Shown here: positions 17,155 through 26,829 of the stretch, in pieces
Layout: every line of letters starts with the position of its first letter
Position numbering within the stretch: the first letter of the stretch is position 1
Assembly (NCBI GenBank): GCA_938074585.1
Contig: CALJEW010000118.1
Location: forward strand, 1 to 32,504
Direction of reading: 5' to 3'
DNA from: an uncultured Rhodospirillales bacterium
GTDB taxonomy: Bacteria; Pseudomonadota; Alphaproteobacteria; Rhodospirillales; Casp-alpha2
Length of the DNA: 32,504 bases
Notes under the pieces: model-generated
Seen by the model: only the letters and a program-made list of their open reading frames with translations
Told to the model about the DNA's origin: nothing
The model's database searches: none
Program-made: the position numbers and the translations under genes

Positions 17155-17891
17155 ATGGAAACCAAAGGTGATATAGGCATCTTTTGTTTGTGATCGGGAG
17201 TAAGCATAACAGCTCGAGAGGAAAATAGTTTTTCAGAAATCGAGCTGCTGGGTGACCTGAGCGATATCCAACGAAAAGATATAGTACAGTTCTACAGTTG
17301 GCGTCATTCCAGCAACAATGAACAAATTATTGATCGTCGAAGCGATGCTATTTATATCTTATTTATTGTTGAAGGACGCGTGCGGGTTATGAGTTATGCG
17401 CTTTCTGGGCGGGGAGCGACGTTTAATGATTTAGATGCGGGGCAACATTTCGGTGAAATCTCTGCAATTGATAACGAACTCCGTGCCGCCAGGATTATGG
17501 CCCTAACCAAATGCAGCGTTGCCATTATGTTTCAAGGCCAGTTTTTGAACCTATTGGGAAAAGAACCACAGATTGCTTTGCAACTAATGCGCGAATTAAT
17601 CTCAATGGTTCGCGCGTCAACAATACCCATTATGGATCTCAGTACGTTAGCTGCAAATAACCGTGTACAAGCCGATTTGTTGCGCCTAGCCAAAACCGAA
17701 GTGGATGATGATGGCCGTGCTGTAATTTCCCCGATCCCCGTGTATACCGATATTACTTGCCGCGTCAACACTACCTCGTGTGTTAAACGATCTCGCAACT
17801 AAGGGGCTCGTTGTTTGTGAAAAAAAGTGTATTTATTATCAACGATTTGGGAAGCCTTCAGGAAATGGTTGAAGAGGTCTGGTGTGATTAA
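17155..17891 (+). pseudogene. Crp/Fnr-family (cNMP-binding plus HTH) transcriptional regulator, inactivated
   Basis: The ATG at 17155 is followed by an in-frame TGA at 17191-17193. The same frame continues as FSEIELLGDLSDIQRKDIVQF...IYILFIVEGRVRVMSYALSGRGATFNDLDAGQHFGEISAID (cNMP-binding fold). After ...ISPIPVYTDITCRVNTT the HTH continues only in the +1 frame (PRVLNDLATKGLVVCEKK). After the A8 run at 17819-17826 it continues in the next frame (VFIINDLGSLQEMVEEVWCD, stop at 17889-17891). That makes one nonsense codon and two frameshifts across about 245 codons. Confidence 0.8.
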
Positions 17892-18142
17892 TTACCTAAA
17901 GAGGTATGAGGTGATCAAAATACCTGATAAATCTTGAAGCTTTTTGATGAATTTTATTGGTGCCGTTTGACTTGTGCATTGGAGATTTATAAATTTTGAC
18001 TTTTACAATTGGGACTGCGTAAATTAGTGTTTTTTCATTAATTCAGTTTTTGAATTAAAAGTGAACGCACATTTGAAGTTGGTGAAATGAACGAATGCAG
18101 AATAATACTAAAGTAAGCGCTTTAAGCAAATAGGCAACAAAA

Positions 18143-18428
18143 GTGTCGAAAACTATTCTAATCGTTTAAAACGACAAATTAAACATAAAGCTTTTCATTG
18201 ATTTTTACAAGCTCATGGATATGCTGTTACCTGAGATTTCTGGTTTGGAAGTCACCAAAATGTTGAAGGCGGATGACTATTTAAAATTGATCCCTGTTGT
18301 TGCCGTAACGGCGTTCGCAATGAAGGGTAATGAAGATAAAATTCGTGAAGGGGTATGTAAAGGATATATCGCTAAGCCAATTTCTACCCCAAACATTCCT
18401 TGACACGCTAGCTAAGTTTTTAAACTAA
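18143..18428 (+). pseudogene. DivK-like single-domain CheY-type response regulator, inactivated
   Basis: Reading from the GTG at 18143 gives [79 protein letters not shown]. From memory, Caulobacter DivK reads ..[23 protein letters not shown]...[62 protein letters not shown]. By comparison there is a TAA in place of the Glu of IVED (18167-18169). About 30 codons between alpha1 and beta3 are missing. The C-terminus ([11 protein letters not shown], stop 18426-18428) is reachable only through a frameshift near 18390. Confidence 0.75.
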
Positions 18429-18635
18429 AACCTTTTCAAATTAGGACCATCGATTGAAGAGTTCGCTCATTTTAGCGCAATTTAAAAGCGACTAAAGATT
18501 CTAGCCTCTTTTAAATTGCATGCAATCGAGCGCACTAATTAAAAACCTTGTATTTATGGGATAAATAAAAGCCAGCTAAGCCGACTTTTTTATTTATAAT
18601 AGAGACTGGGGCACAAGGCCCGCTCCAATTTCTAA

Positions 18636-18803
18636 TTATTTGATTTTAGCTTCTTTGAATACAACATGCTTACGTATAACGGGATCGTATTTATTGAATT
18701 CAAATTTTTCAGTAGAATTCCGTGGATTTTTTTTGGTTACGTAATAGTAGCCAGTGTCCGCGGTGCTAACGAGTTTAATAAGTTGTGATGCTGGCTTAGC
18801 CAT
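18636..18803 (-). CDS. rpmG: 50S ribosomal protein L33
   Basis: [55 protein letters not shown] (55 aa) is canonical L33. The ORF-track N-terminal extension to 18857 is not credible, and the true ATG is at 18803-18801. Confidence 0.93.
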   Translation of the reverse strand: MAKPASQLIKLVSTADTGYYYVTKKNPRNSTEKFEFNKYDPVIRKHVVFKEAKIK

Positions 18804-18903
18804 AGTCCAAGTTCCATTATAAAGATAAATTAAGATCCAGAGCAGCGCACAATACAATGCCCTGTGTCAGTGTCAAGACACTCGTTATTTGTGATTAATT
18901 TGT

Positions 18904-20466
18904 CTACTTTTGCGCTTGGTTTGTTGCTGATGAAAAGTATAATGCGCGGGTATAGGTCGTTGGATTCTTGATCATATGTATAGCAATGTCTAATTCCTTG
19001 TCTGATTTCCTTTGTTGCGCAGGGCACGTGCTACGCAAGTTATTGCGTCGGGCACTATTTTTTAACCCGACCGATCGCCATTGATGGAATGTTGATTTAA
19101 TTCTTGAGGCAGAATTCAAAGTTACATTAATAAACTTTTCAATGGGTTCAGGCTTCGCTTTGGTGCACAACGATGGGCGAACACCAAGGCCATGTAAAAT
19201 ATAGCCGGATGGTGCAATAAATTGGGACCATGTCAGGGTGATTTCCCCGTCATTTGGCAGCCTTAGGACGGATTGTACGGTGCCCTTTCCAAAAGACGAT
19301 GTCCCAACAAGGATAGCGCGCTGCCGGTCTTGTAAGGCGGCTGCTACAATTTCTGCAGCAGATGCGGATTTGCCATCTATCAACACTATTAACGGTCGTT
19401 TTTCAGTTAAATCCAATCCACCCGCTGCGTAATGATGCAAGCTGTCGGGATGGCGCCCTTTTGTCGAAACAATCGTCCCTTGGGTTAAAAACAAATCAGC
19501 AACTTTAACCGATTGCTTAAGCAAGCCGCCGGGGTTTCCGCGCAAATCAAGCACGACCCCTTTTAAATCGTGCCCCATTGCGCTTGTGGCTAATTTTAGC
19601 TTTTTAGATAATGACGGGGCCGTGCCCTGATTAAAGCTGCTGATTTTATAATACAGGATATTTTTTAAGCGTTTTTCGGTGACCGTCGGAAAAACGATGT
19701 GCTTGCGGGTTAGCTTGTGTGTTTGCTGGGCCGGAATACCTGATCTGGTGACGGATAGACGGACCGTTGTGTTAGTTTGGACCCGAATAAGTAATGTTGC
19801 CTGACGTGGCGTTAAATGGTCTGCTGGTTTTTTATCGATGTGGGTGATGGTATCATTTATGAGCAACCCCGACTTAGCCGCTGGAGTGTTGGGTGTGATA
19901 CGCGTTATGCGTAATGCGCCGTCAATACGTTTGAAGCCAACCCCAATGCCGCCAAACCCATCGCGTTGAGCGCGGTTCTCGCGGGCGTCTTCGGCCCCAG
20001 CATAGCGCGAATACAAATCAAGCTTTGAGAGCACGCCATCAAAAACAGCTTCGTATATTTTTTCCGCCTCAGCCGCTTTCATGTCAGTCGAATAGGCGCG
20101 CGCGGCAATGGCTAAATCAGACGTAAGTTTTGCCCACCCATGAACGTCGTTGCTTTTTGGTAGATCTACGGTAAGGATACGCTGACCCATATAGCTTAGT
20201 GTAATTGAGTTTTTAGATTTTCGAACATACAGTGCTGGGTCAATGGCGCTAAATCCCTTGATCCCATCTAGGGCCAAACGATCAATCGAAATGTACTCAA
20301 TATACTTTTCTGAGACACCCTGGTAACCAGCTTTGAAAACGGCTATCGCATCGGGCCATACTTGAATGGTGGCTTTTAGAGGGGGCAGCGATGATCCACA
20401 AGCGGCAACAAGGCCAACCAAACTCAAAGCGCGTACGATAGTGAGAAAGGATCGAAAAATTTCCAT
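18904..20466 (-). CDS. S41-family C-terminal-processing peptidase with a PDZ domain, a probable lipoprotein
   Basis: It has a PDZ domain (GIGVGFKRIDGALRITRITPNTPAAKSGLLINDTITHID) and S41 catalytic motifs (VLDLRGNPGGLL, VLIDGKSASAAEIVAAALQDRQRAILVGTSSFGKGTVQ). Starting at the ATG at 20466 gives MEIFRSFLTIVRALSLVGLVAAC with the lipobox LVAAC. The ORF-track GTG at 20496 is less likely. Confidence 0.85.
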   Translation of the reverse strand: MEIFRSFLTIVRALSLVGLVAACGSSLPPLKATIQVWPDAIAVFKAGYQGVSEKYIEYISIDRLALDGIKGFSAIDPALYVRKSKNSITLSYMGQRILTVDLPKSNDVHGWAKLTSDLAIAARAYSTDMKAAEAEKIYEAVFDGVLSKLDLYSRYAGAEDARENRAQRDGFGGIGVGFKRIDGALRITRITPNTPAAKSGLLINDTITHIDKKPADHLTPRQATLLIRVQTNTTVRLSVTRSGIPAQQTHKLTRKHIVFPTVTEKRLKNILYYKISSFNQGTAPSLSKKLKLATSAMGHDLKGVVLDLRGNPGGLLKQSVKVADLFLTQGTIVSTKGRHPDSLHHYAAGGLDLTEKRPLIVLIDGKSASAAEIVAAALQDRQRAILVGTSSFGKGTVQSVLRLPNDGEITLTWSQFIAPSGYILHGLGVRPSLCTKAKPEPIEKFINVTLNSASRIKSTFHQWRSVGLKNSARRNNLRSTCPAQQRKSDKELDIAIHMIKNPTTYTRALYFSSATNQAQK

Positions 20467-20535
20467 ATAATTAGTTTCGATGATTTTTGTGACCACGTCA
20501 TCTACTGAATTGATAAATCAATAAAAATAACTGTA

Positions 20536-22812
20536 TTAATGCCTTTTGTGGTGCTTTTTGCCTCTTGGGCCGCCTTTAGCCCTTTTTTTTGCCGCCTTAT
20601 GGCCACCAGATTTGCGTTTGTGACTTTGCGGACGCTTGCCTTTTTGGGGTTCACCAGAATTGAGGATCTGAAAAATCAGCCCCCCCGATATAGGCGTTGC
20701 TTCGCGCAACATGACCTCAACCGGTTGCCCTAGTTGGTACATGTTCCCTGAATTTTGCCCAATCAACACATGCCCGGTTTGGTCTAAATCATAATAGTCG
20801 CCGGCCAAGCTGCTGATCGGGACCAAACCATCGGCCCCGGTTTCATCTAAAGTGACAAACAAGCCAAATCGAGTGACTCCATTAATCCGGGCGGCAAAAA
20901 TAGAACCAATGCGGGTTGATAAATGTCCTGCGACGTAGCGGTCCATGGCATCGCGCTCTGCGGCTGAGGCGCGGCGTTCGGTTGAACACAAATGGGTGCC
21001 CAATTCTTCGAACTCGTCGCCATCGCTTTGTAATCCATCATTACCCAGTTTGTGAGCATTTATTAAGGCCCTGTGCACCAACAAGTCTGAATAGCGCCGG
21101 ATGGGGGACGTGAAATGGCAATAGCGGCTTAATGCCAAACCAAAATGTCCGATGTTGCCAGGGCTGTATTCAGCCTGGGCTTGAGACCTTAAAACCATTT
21201 GATTGATCATGTGCGCGTTGAGTGTGTTGGCGGCTTTGCGTAAAATTTGGTTAAATTGAATAGGCTTGATGACTTGGCCCTTGGAAAAAGTGTAATCCAA
21301 GGTTTCCAAAAACTCTGTAAAAGCATCTAGTTTTTCAGGACTCGGGCGGTCGTGGATGCGGTACATGCAGGGCTGTTTATTCTTTTCCAACGATTGTGCC
21401 GCAGCCACGTTGGCTGTGATCATAAATTCTTCGATTAGCTTATGGCTATCTAAGCGTTGGCGCGGAACTATGCTGGCAATCTTTCCGTCTTCACCAATCT
21501 CTACTTTTCGCTCGGGCATATCTAATTCAAGGGCATTGCGTTCTTGTCGGTATGTATCAAGAACTCGAAATGCCCCGTATAAGGGCGCGATAACGCTGTC
21601 GACCAATGGCGCTGTTAGCTCATCTGGATAGCCATCACGGGCTGCTTGTATTTGTTCGTACGTGGTCCGGGCGTGCGATTTCATCAGGCCGCGCACGAAC
21701 AAATGGCGTAACAAATGCCCTTTTTTATCGATCCATAAATGGGCCGCTAAACACGGACGCTCTTCATTTGGAACGAGCGAACATAATCCGTTGGATAAGG
21801 CTTCAGGCAACATAGGGACGACACGATCAGGAAAATAAACAGAGTTCCCCCGGCTGCGAGCCTCATTATCTAAAGCATCCCCCGTCGTTACATAACACGC
21901 CACATCGGCAATGGCGATGATCAGGTGCCAGCCTTCAGGATTCTTCTTGTCTTCGTCTGGTTCTGCAAAAACAGCATCATCAAAATCACGGGCATCGGCA
22001 CCATCAATTGTGATCAGTGGAATGTTTCGTAAATCAGATCGATTTCCCAGCGGCTTTGATTTCGCTGAATTGGCAATTTTGAGGGCATCGGTAGGGAATT
22101 CGTTTGGGATTTCGTATTGGTGAATGGCGATTAGGCTAATAGCGCCGTGGGAATCCATAGATTCTAAACGTTCGGATATTTTGGCGTTGCGCAATCCAAG
22201 CCGCTTGCCCGGTAAAACTTCTGCCCAAACCAAATCACCGGGTTGCGCGTCCATGCTATCGGTGGAGCGGATAATCATTTCGCCTTTTTGTTTGCGGTCC
22301 GTAGGCTGAACCCGCAATTCACCTTCAATTTTAATTACGACGCCCAAAATATGATCTGGGGCTTCTGAAATACGACGAATTGTTTTGGCTTGATAGGTGC
22401 CGTTGTCTGTTTCTTCTAAACGGGCAAGGACGCGATCGCCTTTGCCTAGGGCTGAGTTTCCAGCACGTTCAGGCAGCATGTAAATTATGGGTGTTATATC
22501 GCCATCCCAATTTAAGGGCTTGGCCTGCAAATCGCCCTCTTTATCGGGGCCAGTGACTAACAAAACGGTAACGCTTGGCAGCTTTCCAGGCTCAGAAAAC
22601 TTGCGACCGCGTTTCTTTTCCAAAACACCGGTTTCTTCCATTTCACGGAGAACCTTTTTCAGAACCTTTTTCTGATCAGTATTTAGTTTAAAGCTGCGCG
22701 CTATCTCGCGCTTACCCGCTTGCGACGGATTACCTTGAATGTAGGCCAGAATTTGGTCCGTACTTGGAAACGGAGCTGCGGTTTTAGGAGTTCTGGCCAC
22801 AGTTATATCCAT
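20536..22812 (-). CDS. rnr: Ribonuclease R (3'-5' exoribonuclease, RNB family)
   Basis: 758 aa. It has the RNB catalytic region (ITIDGADARDFDDAVF, YFPDRVVPMLPE, HFGLALSRYCHFTSPIRRYSDLLVHR), an S1 domain and a basic C-terminal tail. Confidence 0.93.
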   Translation of the reverse strand: MDITVARTPKTAAPFPSTDQILAYIQGNPSQAGKREIARSFKLNTDQKKVLKKVLREMEETGVLEKKRGRKFSEPGKLPSVTVLLVTGPDKEGDLQAKPLNWDGDITPIIYMLPERAGNSALGKGDRVLARLEETDNGTYQAKTIRRISEAPDHILGVVIKIEGELRVQPTDRKQKGEMIIRSTDSMDAQPGDLVWAEVLPGKRLGLRNAKISERLESMDSHGAISLIAIHQYEIPNEFPTDALKIANSAKSKPLGNRSDLRNIPLITIDGADARDFDDAVFAEPDEDKKNPEGWHLIIAIADVACYVTTGDALDNEARSRGNSVYFPDRVVPMLPEALSNGLCSLVPNEERPCLAAHLWIDKKGHLLRHLFVRGLMKSHARTTYEQIQAARDGYPDELTAPLVDSVIAPLYGAFRVLDTYRQERNALELDMPERKVEIGEDGKIASIVPRQRLDSHKLIEEFMITANVAAAQSLEKNKQPCMYRIHDRPSPEKLDAFTEFLETLDYTFSKGQVIKPIQFNQILRKAANTLNAHMINQMVLRSQAQAEYSPGNIGHFGLALSRYCHFTSPIRRYSDLLVHRALINAHKLGNDGLQSDGDEFEELGTHLCSTERRASAAERDAMDRYVAGHLSTRIGSIFAARINGVTRFGLFVTLDETGADGLVPISSLAGDYYDLDQTGHVLIGQNSGNMYQLGQPVEVMLREATPISGGLIFQILNSGEPQKGKRPQSHKRKSGGHKAAKKRAKGGPRGKKHHKRH

Positions 22813-22830
22813 ATCTGAAAAGAGCTGGCA

Positions 22831-25515
22831 TTATTCAGCCTGCGCTTCCGGTTCTGCTCTTGTAGCCTTTTTCTTGGCCGCAGCCTTTTTCTTTGGCGTT
22901 GGCTTCTTTGCAGCCGTTTTCTTTTTTGTAGTGGGCTTTTTATCGTCTTCTTTGGCTTTTGGTGTTTTCTTGCCAGCCTTAGTATCCAGCAATTTAATTG
23001 CTTTCGCTAAATCTACAGTTTCTGGCTCCATGTCTTTGGGAAGCGTTGCCATTAAGCGACCATGCATTACAAACTGCCCCCAGCGGCCTTTGCGCATGGT
23101 CACAGGCTTTTTGTTTTTCGGGTGCAGCCCAAGCTCAATAGGTGGATCTTTTTTCGGCGCGTTAGCCATTAAGTGGGCGGCTCTGTTGAGGCCAATGGTC
23201 AACACATTGTCGTCGCCTTTTAACGATACGTACGTTGCTTCCATTTTAATATAAGGGCCAAAGCGGCCAATGGCAGCTGTAATCATAATGCTGGTTTCTG
23301 GATCAATACCAACTTCACGTGGCAACGATAAAAGCCCGATTGCCAACTCCAAATCAACCGTTGATGGTGCCATGTCTTTAGTTAAAGACGAACGTTTTGG
23401 TTTTATCTTTTTCGGCTTTTTCGGCTTTTTGCCTTCGGCCACAGGTTCCGCAGGTATTTCTTCTTCTTCACCCAATTGCACATAATGCCCATAGGGGCCT
23501 TTGCGCAATGAAATTATTTTTTGCGTTACAGGGTCCAATCCCAATTCTTTTGGTCCCGATGTTGCCAAATCATCTTCCGAGCCATTGGTGACTTCTAGCG
23601 GGCGTGTAAATCGGCATTCAGGGTAATTGTTACAGCCAATAAAGGCGCCAAACTTACCAAGCTTCAGATTAAGCCGTCCTTCTTCACAAGTGGGGCATTT
23701 GCGTGGATCTTTACCATCGGGGCCTTCACGGAAAAAGTGTGGCCCTAAAATTTCGTCCAAACGGTCCAAAACTTCTGAAACACGCAGGTCTTTGGTTTCG
23801 CTAACGGCTGAATTGAAGTCACCCCAAAAATCACGAAGAACGGTCTTCCATTCGATACGTCCGCCGGAAATATCATCCAGCTTGTTTTCCAATTCCGCAG
23901 TAAAATCATACGCCACGTAACGTGTGAAATAACTTTCAAGGAAGGTCGTAACCACACGGCCCCGGTCTTCAGGTGTGAATCGTCGGCTTTCCAAAACCAC
24001 ATAGTTACGCTCTTGAAGAACGGAAATGATGCTAGCGTATGTGGAAGGGCGACCGATGCCTAATTCTTCCAGCGTTTTAACCAAGCTTGCTTCTGAGAAA
24101 CGGGGAGGGGGTTGGGTGAAATGTTGGTCCGGAACAATCTCGCCGGTTTTCATTTCTTGGCCCTGATTTAGCGGCGGTAAGATTTTATCGTCGCCTTCAT
24201 CGGGAATGTCCGTATCATCCTTTCCTTCTTGGTACAGCTTAAAAAAGCCATCAAACGCAACAACAGATCCGGTTGCCCGTAACGTCACTTGTTTGTCAGG
24301 CGAGCCAATATTAATACCAACCTGATCTAAAATGGCAGATTCCATTTGGCTGGCAACGGTGCGCTGCCAAATCAACGTATACAGCTTCAATTGATCCCCA
24401 TCTAAGCGGTCAGCAATGTCTTTAGGGCGGCGTGCTACATCTGTGGGGCGGACGGCTTCGTGAGCTTCCTGGGCATTTTTTGCTTTTGACTTATAAACGC
24501 GAGCATCTGAGGGCACATAGGTCGATCCGTAATCACTGCCAATTAATGTGCGGCAGAGTTCAATGGCTTCGCCCGACATGGTCACACCGTCTGTCCGCAT
24601 GTATGTAATCAAACCAACGGTTTCACCATCGCCTAAATTTAAACCTTCATACAAGCGTTGGGCAACTTGCATGGTGCGCTTTGTGGCAAAGCCCAATTTG
24701 CGTGATGCTTCTTGTTGTAGGGTGGATGTGGTGAACGGTGCTGATGGATTGCGGCGTGATTTTCTTTGTTCGATGTCTGCTACTTTGAAGTCGCGCGATG
24801 AAATGGCGCTTACAGCTGCTTGGGCTGCGGCTTTGGTTCCTATGGTTAGCTTCTCAAGCTTGGTGCCTCCTAGGTGAGTTAGGTTGGCAACAACTGATTT
24901 TCCACCACCGGCATCAAATTCAGCTTGAACACTCCAAAACTCGTCGGAGTCAAAATTTTCAATATCCGTTTCGCGCTGACATATAATGCGTAAAGCAACT
25001 GACTGGACGCGCCCGGCGGAGCGGCTGCCAGGTAATTTGCGCCATAAAACTGGCGATAATGTAAAGCCAACCAAATAATCTAACGCGCGTCGGGCCAAAT
25101 AGGCATCAACTAATGGAGTGTTTAATTCACGCGGATGATTAAAAGCTTCAATAATGGCATCTTTGGTAATTTCGTTAAAAACAACACGTTTAACCTCAAC
25201 ACCTTTTAAAAGCTTTTTCGCTTCTAAAACTTCTTGAACGTGCCACGATATGGCTTCGCCTTCGCGGTCCGGATCGGTTGCTAGAAACAGCTTGTCAGCA
25301 CCTTTAAGCGCTTGGGAAATTTCTTTCATATGTTTTTGCGCTTTAGCGTCGATTTCCCAATCCATGGAAAAATCTTCGTCAGGACGTACAGAGCCATCCT
25401 TAGGAGGCAAGTCGCGAATGTGTCCGTAACTGGCAAAAACCTTGTAGTCACTGCCCAAGTATTTATTGATCGTTTTGGCTTTGGCAGGTGATTCGACAAC
25501 AACAACACTAGTCAT
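22831..25515 (-). CDS. topA: DNA topoisomerase I
   Basis: 894 aa. It has a TOPRIM N-terminus (VVVESPAKAKTINKYLG, ATDPDREGEAISWH), the active-site Tyr region (GLITYMRTDG), one Cys4 zinc ribbon (CPTCEEGRL...CNNYPEC) and a Lys-rich tail. An 18-nt gap to rnr implies an operon. Confidence 0.95.
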   Translation of the reverse strand: MTSVVVVESPAKAKTINKYLGSDYKVFASYGHIRDLPPKDGSVRPDEDFSMDWEIDAKAQKHMKEISQALKGADKLFLATDPDREGEAISWHVQEVLEAKKLLKGVEVKRVVFNEITKDAIIEAFNHPRELNTPLVDAYLARRALDYLVGFTLSPVLWRKLPGSRSAGRVQSVALRIICQRETDIENFDSDEFWSVQAEFDAGGGKSVVANLTHLGGTKLEKLTIGTKAAAQAAVSAISSRDFKVADIEQRKSRRNPSAPFTTSTLQQEASRKLGFATKRTMQVAQRLYEGLNLGDGETVGLITYMRTDGVTMSGEAIELCRTLIGSDYGSTYVPSDARVYKSKAKNAQEAHEAVRPTDVARRPKDIADRLDGDQLKLYTLIWQRTVASQMESAILDQVGINIGSPDKQVTLRATGSVVAFDGFFKLYQEGKDDTDIPDEGDDKILPPLNQGQEMKTGEIVPDQHFTQPPPRFSEASLVKTLEELGIGRPSTYASIISVLQERNYVVLESRRFTPEDRGRVVTTFLESYFTRYVAYDFTAELENKLDDISGGRIEWKTVLRDFWGDFNSAVSETKDLRVSEVLDRLDEILGPHFFREGPDGKDPRKCPTCEEGRLNLKLGKFGAFIGCNNYPECRFTRPLEVTNGSEDDLATSGPKELGLDPVTQKIISLRKGPYGHYVQLGEEEEIPAEPVAEGKKPKKPKKIKPKRSSLTKDMAPSTVDLELAIGLLSLPREVGIDPETSIMITAAIGRFGPYIKMEATYVSLKGDDNVLTIGLNRAAHLMANAPKKDPPIELGLHPKNKKPVTMRKGRWGQFVMHGRLMATLPKDMEPETVDLAKAIKLLDTKAGKKTPKAKEDDKKPTTKKKTAAKKPTPKKKAAAKKKATRAEPEAQAE

Positions 25516-25540
25516 ATGTTTATAGTTTCCGTAGCTTTTC

Positions 25541-25561
25541 GCCCCAATAGTGGGGTTTTTT
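25541..25561 (+). terminator. Small GC hairpin plus T6 (plus-strand sense) in the topA leader region
   Basis: CCCCA atag TGGGG (25542-25555) is followed by TTTTTT (25556-25561). It has terminator polarity only on the plus strand, where no gene ends. On the minus strand it lies 26 nt upstream of the topA ATG. Confidence 0.3.
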
Positions 25562-25754
25562 GTATAAAATTAAATAACGAGAAGTACCCGCCTGACACGG
25601 AGACTTGGCGTTTCTTTACCCATTCGTCAACAACGGAACACGTTTTTGAGTTGTTTTTTTCTTTAAGGTCAGTCCAGCAGCCCCTTAAATTTGACTATAA
25701 ATGGCGTCTAAATGAGTCGATTAGAACGCAATTATAGGACGTTCTTATGAACTT

Positions 25755-26780
25755 TTATAACCATATAATCACTGAAATAGTATTGCCAGGATGACGTTCA
25801 AGCCGTCCGGCTAATTCAAGCTTGATTAGGGATTCAGAAAATACAGATGCTGGTGATTTGAACTTCCGTGCCAAATCATCCACGAACTTTTGTGGTTTCA
25901 GCATCATCCGTAACAGGGATGATTTGATCTAACGCGCCAAAACCCTGGGCCACAGGAGATACGTGAATGCGCGGGCCGGGGTTTATGACATTTGATAAGT
26001 CAAAGATGGTTTCCCTTAAAATGGCTTCTTGGTGAATGAGGTTGTTGGTTCCGCGTGCACGTGGATCAGCAGGAGAACCGGGCATGGCAAAAACGTCGGG
26101 GCCCTGTTCCAATGCCGAGCATGCGGTAATTATAGAGCCAGATTTAGGTGCTACTTCAATAACCACAATACCCCTAAATATCTCAGATATGATGCATTTG
26201 CGACGGGAAAAATGTCGCGCTTTAAAGCGGGTTCCGACTGGCATTTCAGAAACAATGACACCGCGCTCTAAAACGCTTTATATAAACATTTGTTTTGTCG
26301 TGGGTAAATGACATCAAGGTCTCCACCTAACACAGTAACAGTTCTTTTATCGATAGCATCTTGATGGGCTACCGCATCAATTTTCCGCGCCATACCCGAA
26401 GCTACAGGCAAACCATTTTGGCCTAAATCAGATGCCATTCGTTCCTCCACGTACAACCCGTTGGTCGATGAATTTAGGGCGCCAATAACACAATTTTTTT
26501 TATATCAAAAGTGCCGGGTTGCCCTTAACAAATAAAAGTGATGGCGTCTCTTCTATGTGTTTTAAGCCCGTTGAAAAATATGGATTGTTATGAAAAAAAA
26601 ATTGAAAGTATTCAGCTTGGCAAAGCGCTATTTCTGTAAAGCCTCAAGCGCTGTTGATGCCGATTTAAATCGCGCCATTAATTGATGATAAGCAATAGGC
26701 CCAACTTTATCTGACCGAATAAGCCTACGTTGATTAAGTATATCTAAGTCCGATAGTGATACGTGTATTTGATGTTCCAT
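25755..26780 (-). pseudogene. dprA: DNA-processing protein DprA (Smf), heavily fragmented
   Basis: Homologous pieces sit in different frames. The N-terminus runs from the ATG at 26780 (MEHQIHVSLSDLDILNQRRLIRSDKVGPIAYHQLMARFKSASTALEALQK then stop). A middle piece spans 26456-26268 (ASDLGQNGLPVASGMARKIDAVAHQDAIDKRTVTVLGGDLDVIYPRQNKCLY). The Rossmann core spans 26244-25876 (FSRRKCIISEIFRGIVVIEVAPKSGSIITACSALEQGPDVFAMPGSPADPRARGTNNLI). The C-terminal winged helix is seen only by my own translation in another frame (VDDLARKFKSPASVFSESLIKLELAGRLERHPGN, stop 25757-25755). At least 4 to 5 disruptions are present, one near a T8 run around 26500. Confidence 0.85.
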
Positions 26781-26829
26781 ATACACCGTGCCAAAAAGAT
26801 GCACCTGGTCAAAGGTGGCGGCAAACATT

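Noticed and set aside
17191-17193. The in-frame TGA in the Crp/Fnr gene could mean TGA=Trp recoding (genetic code 4), as in some reduced alphaproteobacterial symbionts
   Set aside because: All conserved genes in the window translate full-length under the standard code without internal TGA. Trp is encoded by TGG. TGA serves as the stop in the ATGA overlaps at 2452-2455 and 29344-29347. The same gene also has two frameshifts.
18804-18857. N-terminal extension of the L33 ORF ([18 protein letters not shown]...)
   Set aside because: Canonical L33 begins at MAKP (ATG at 18803). The extension is hydrophobic, unconserved-looking sequence that merely happens to be open.
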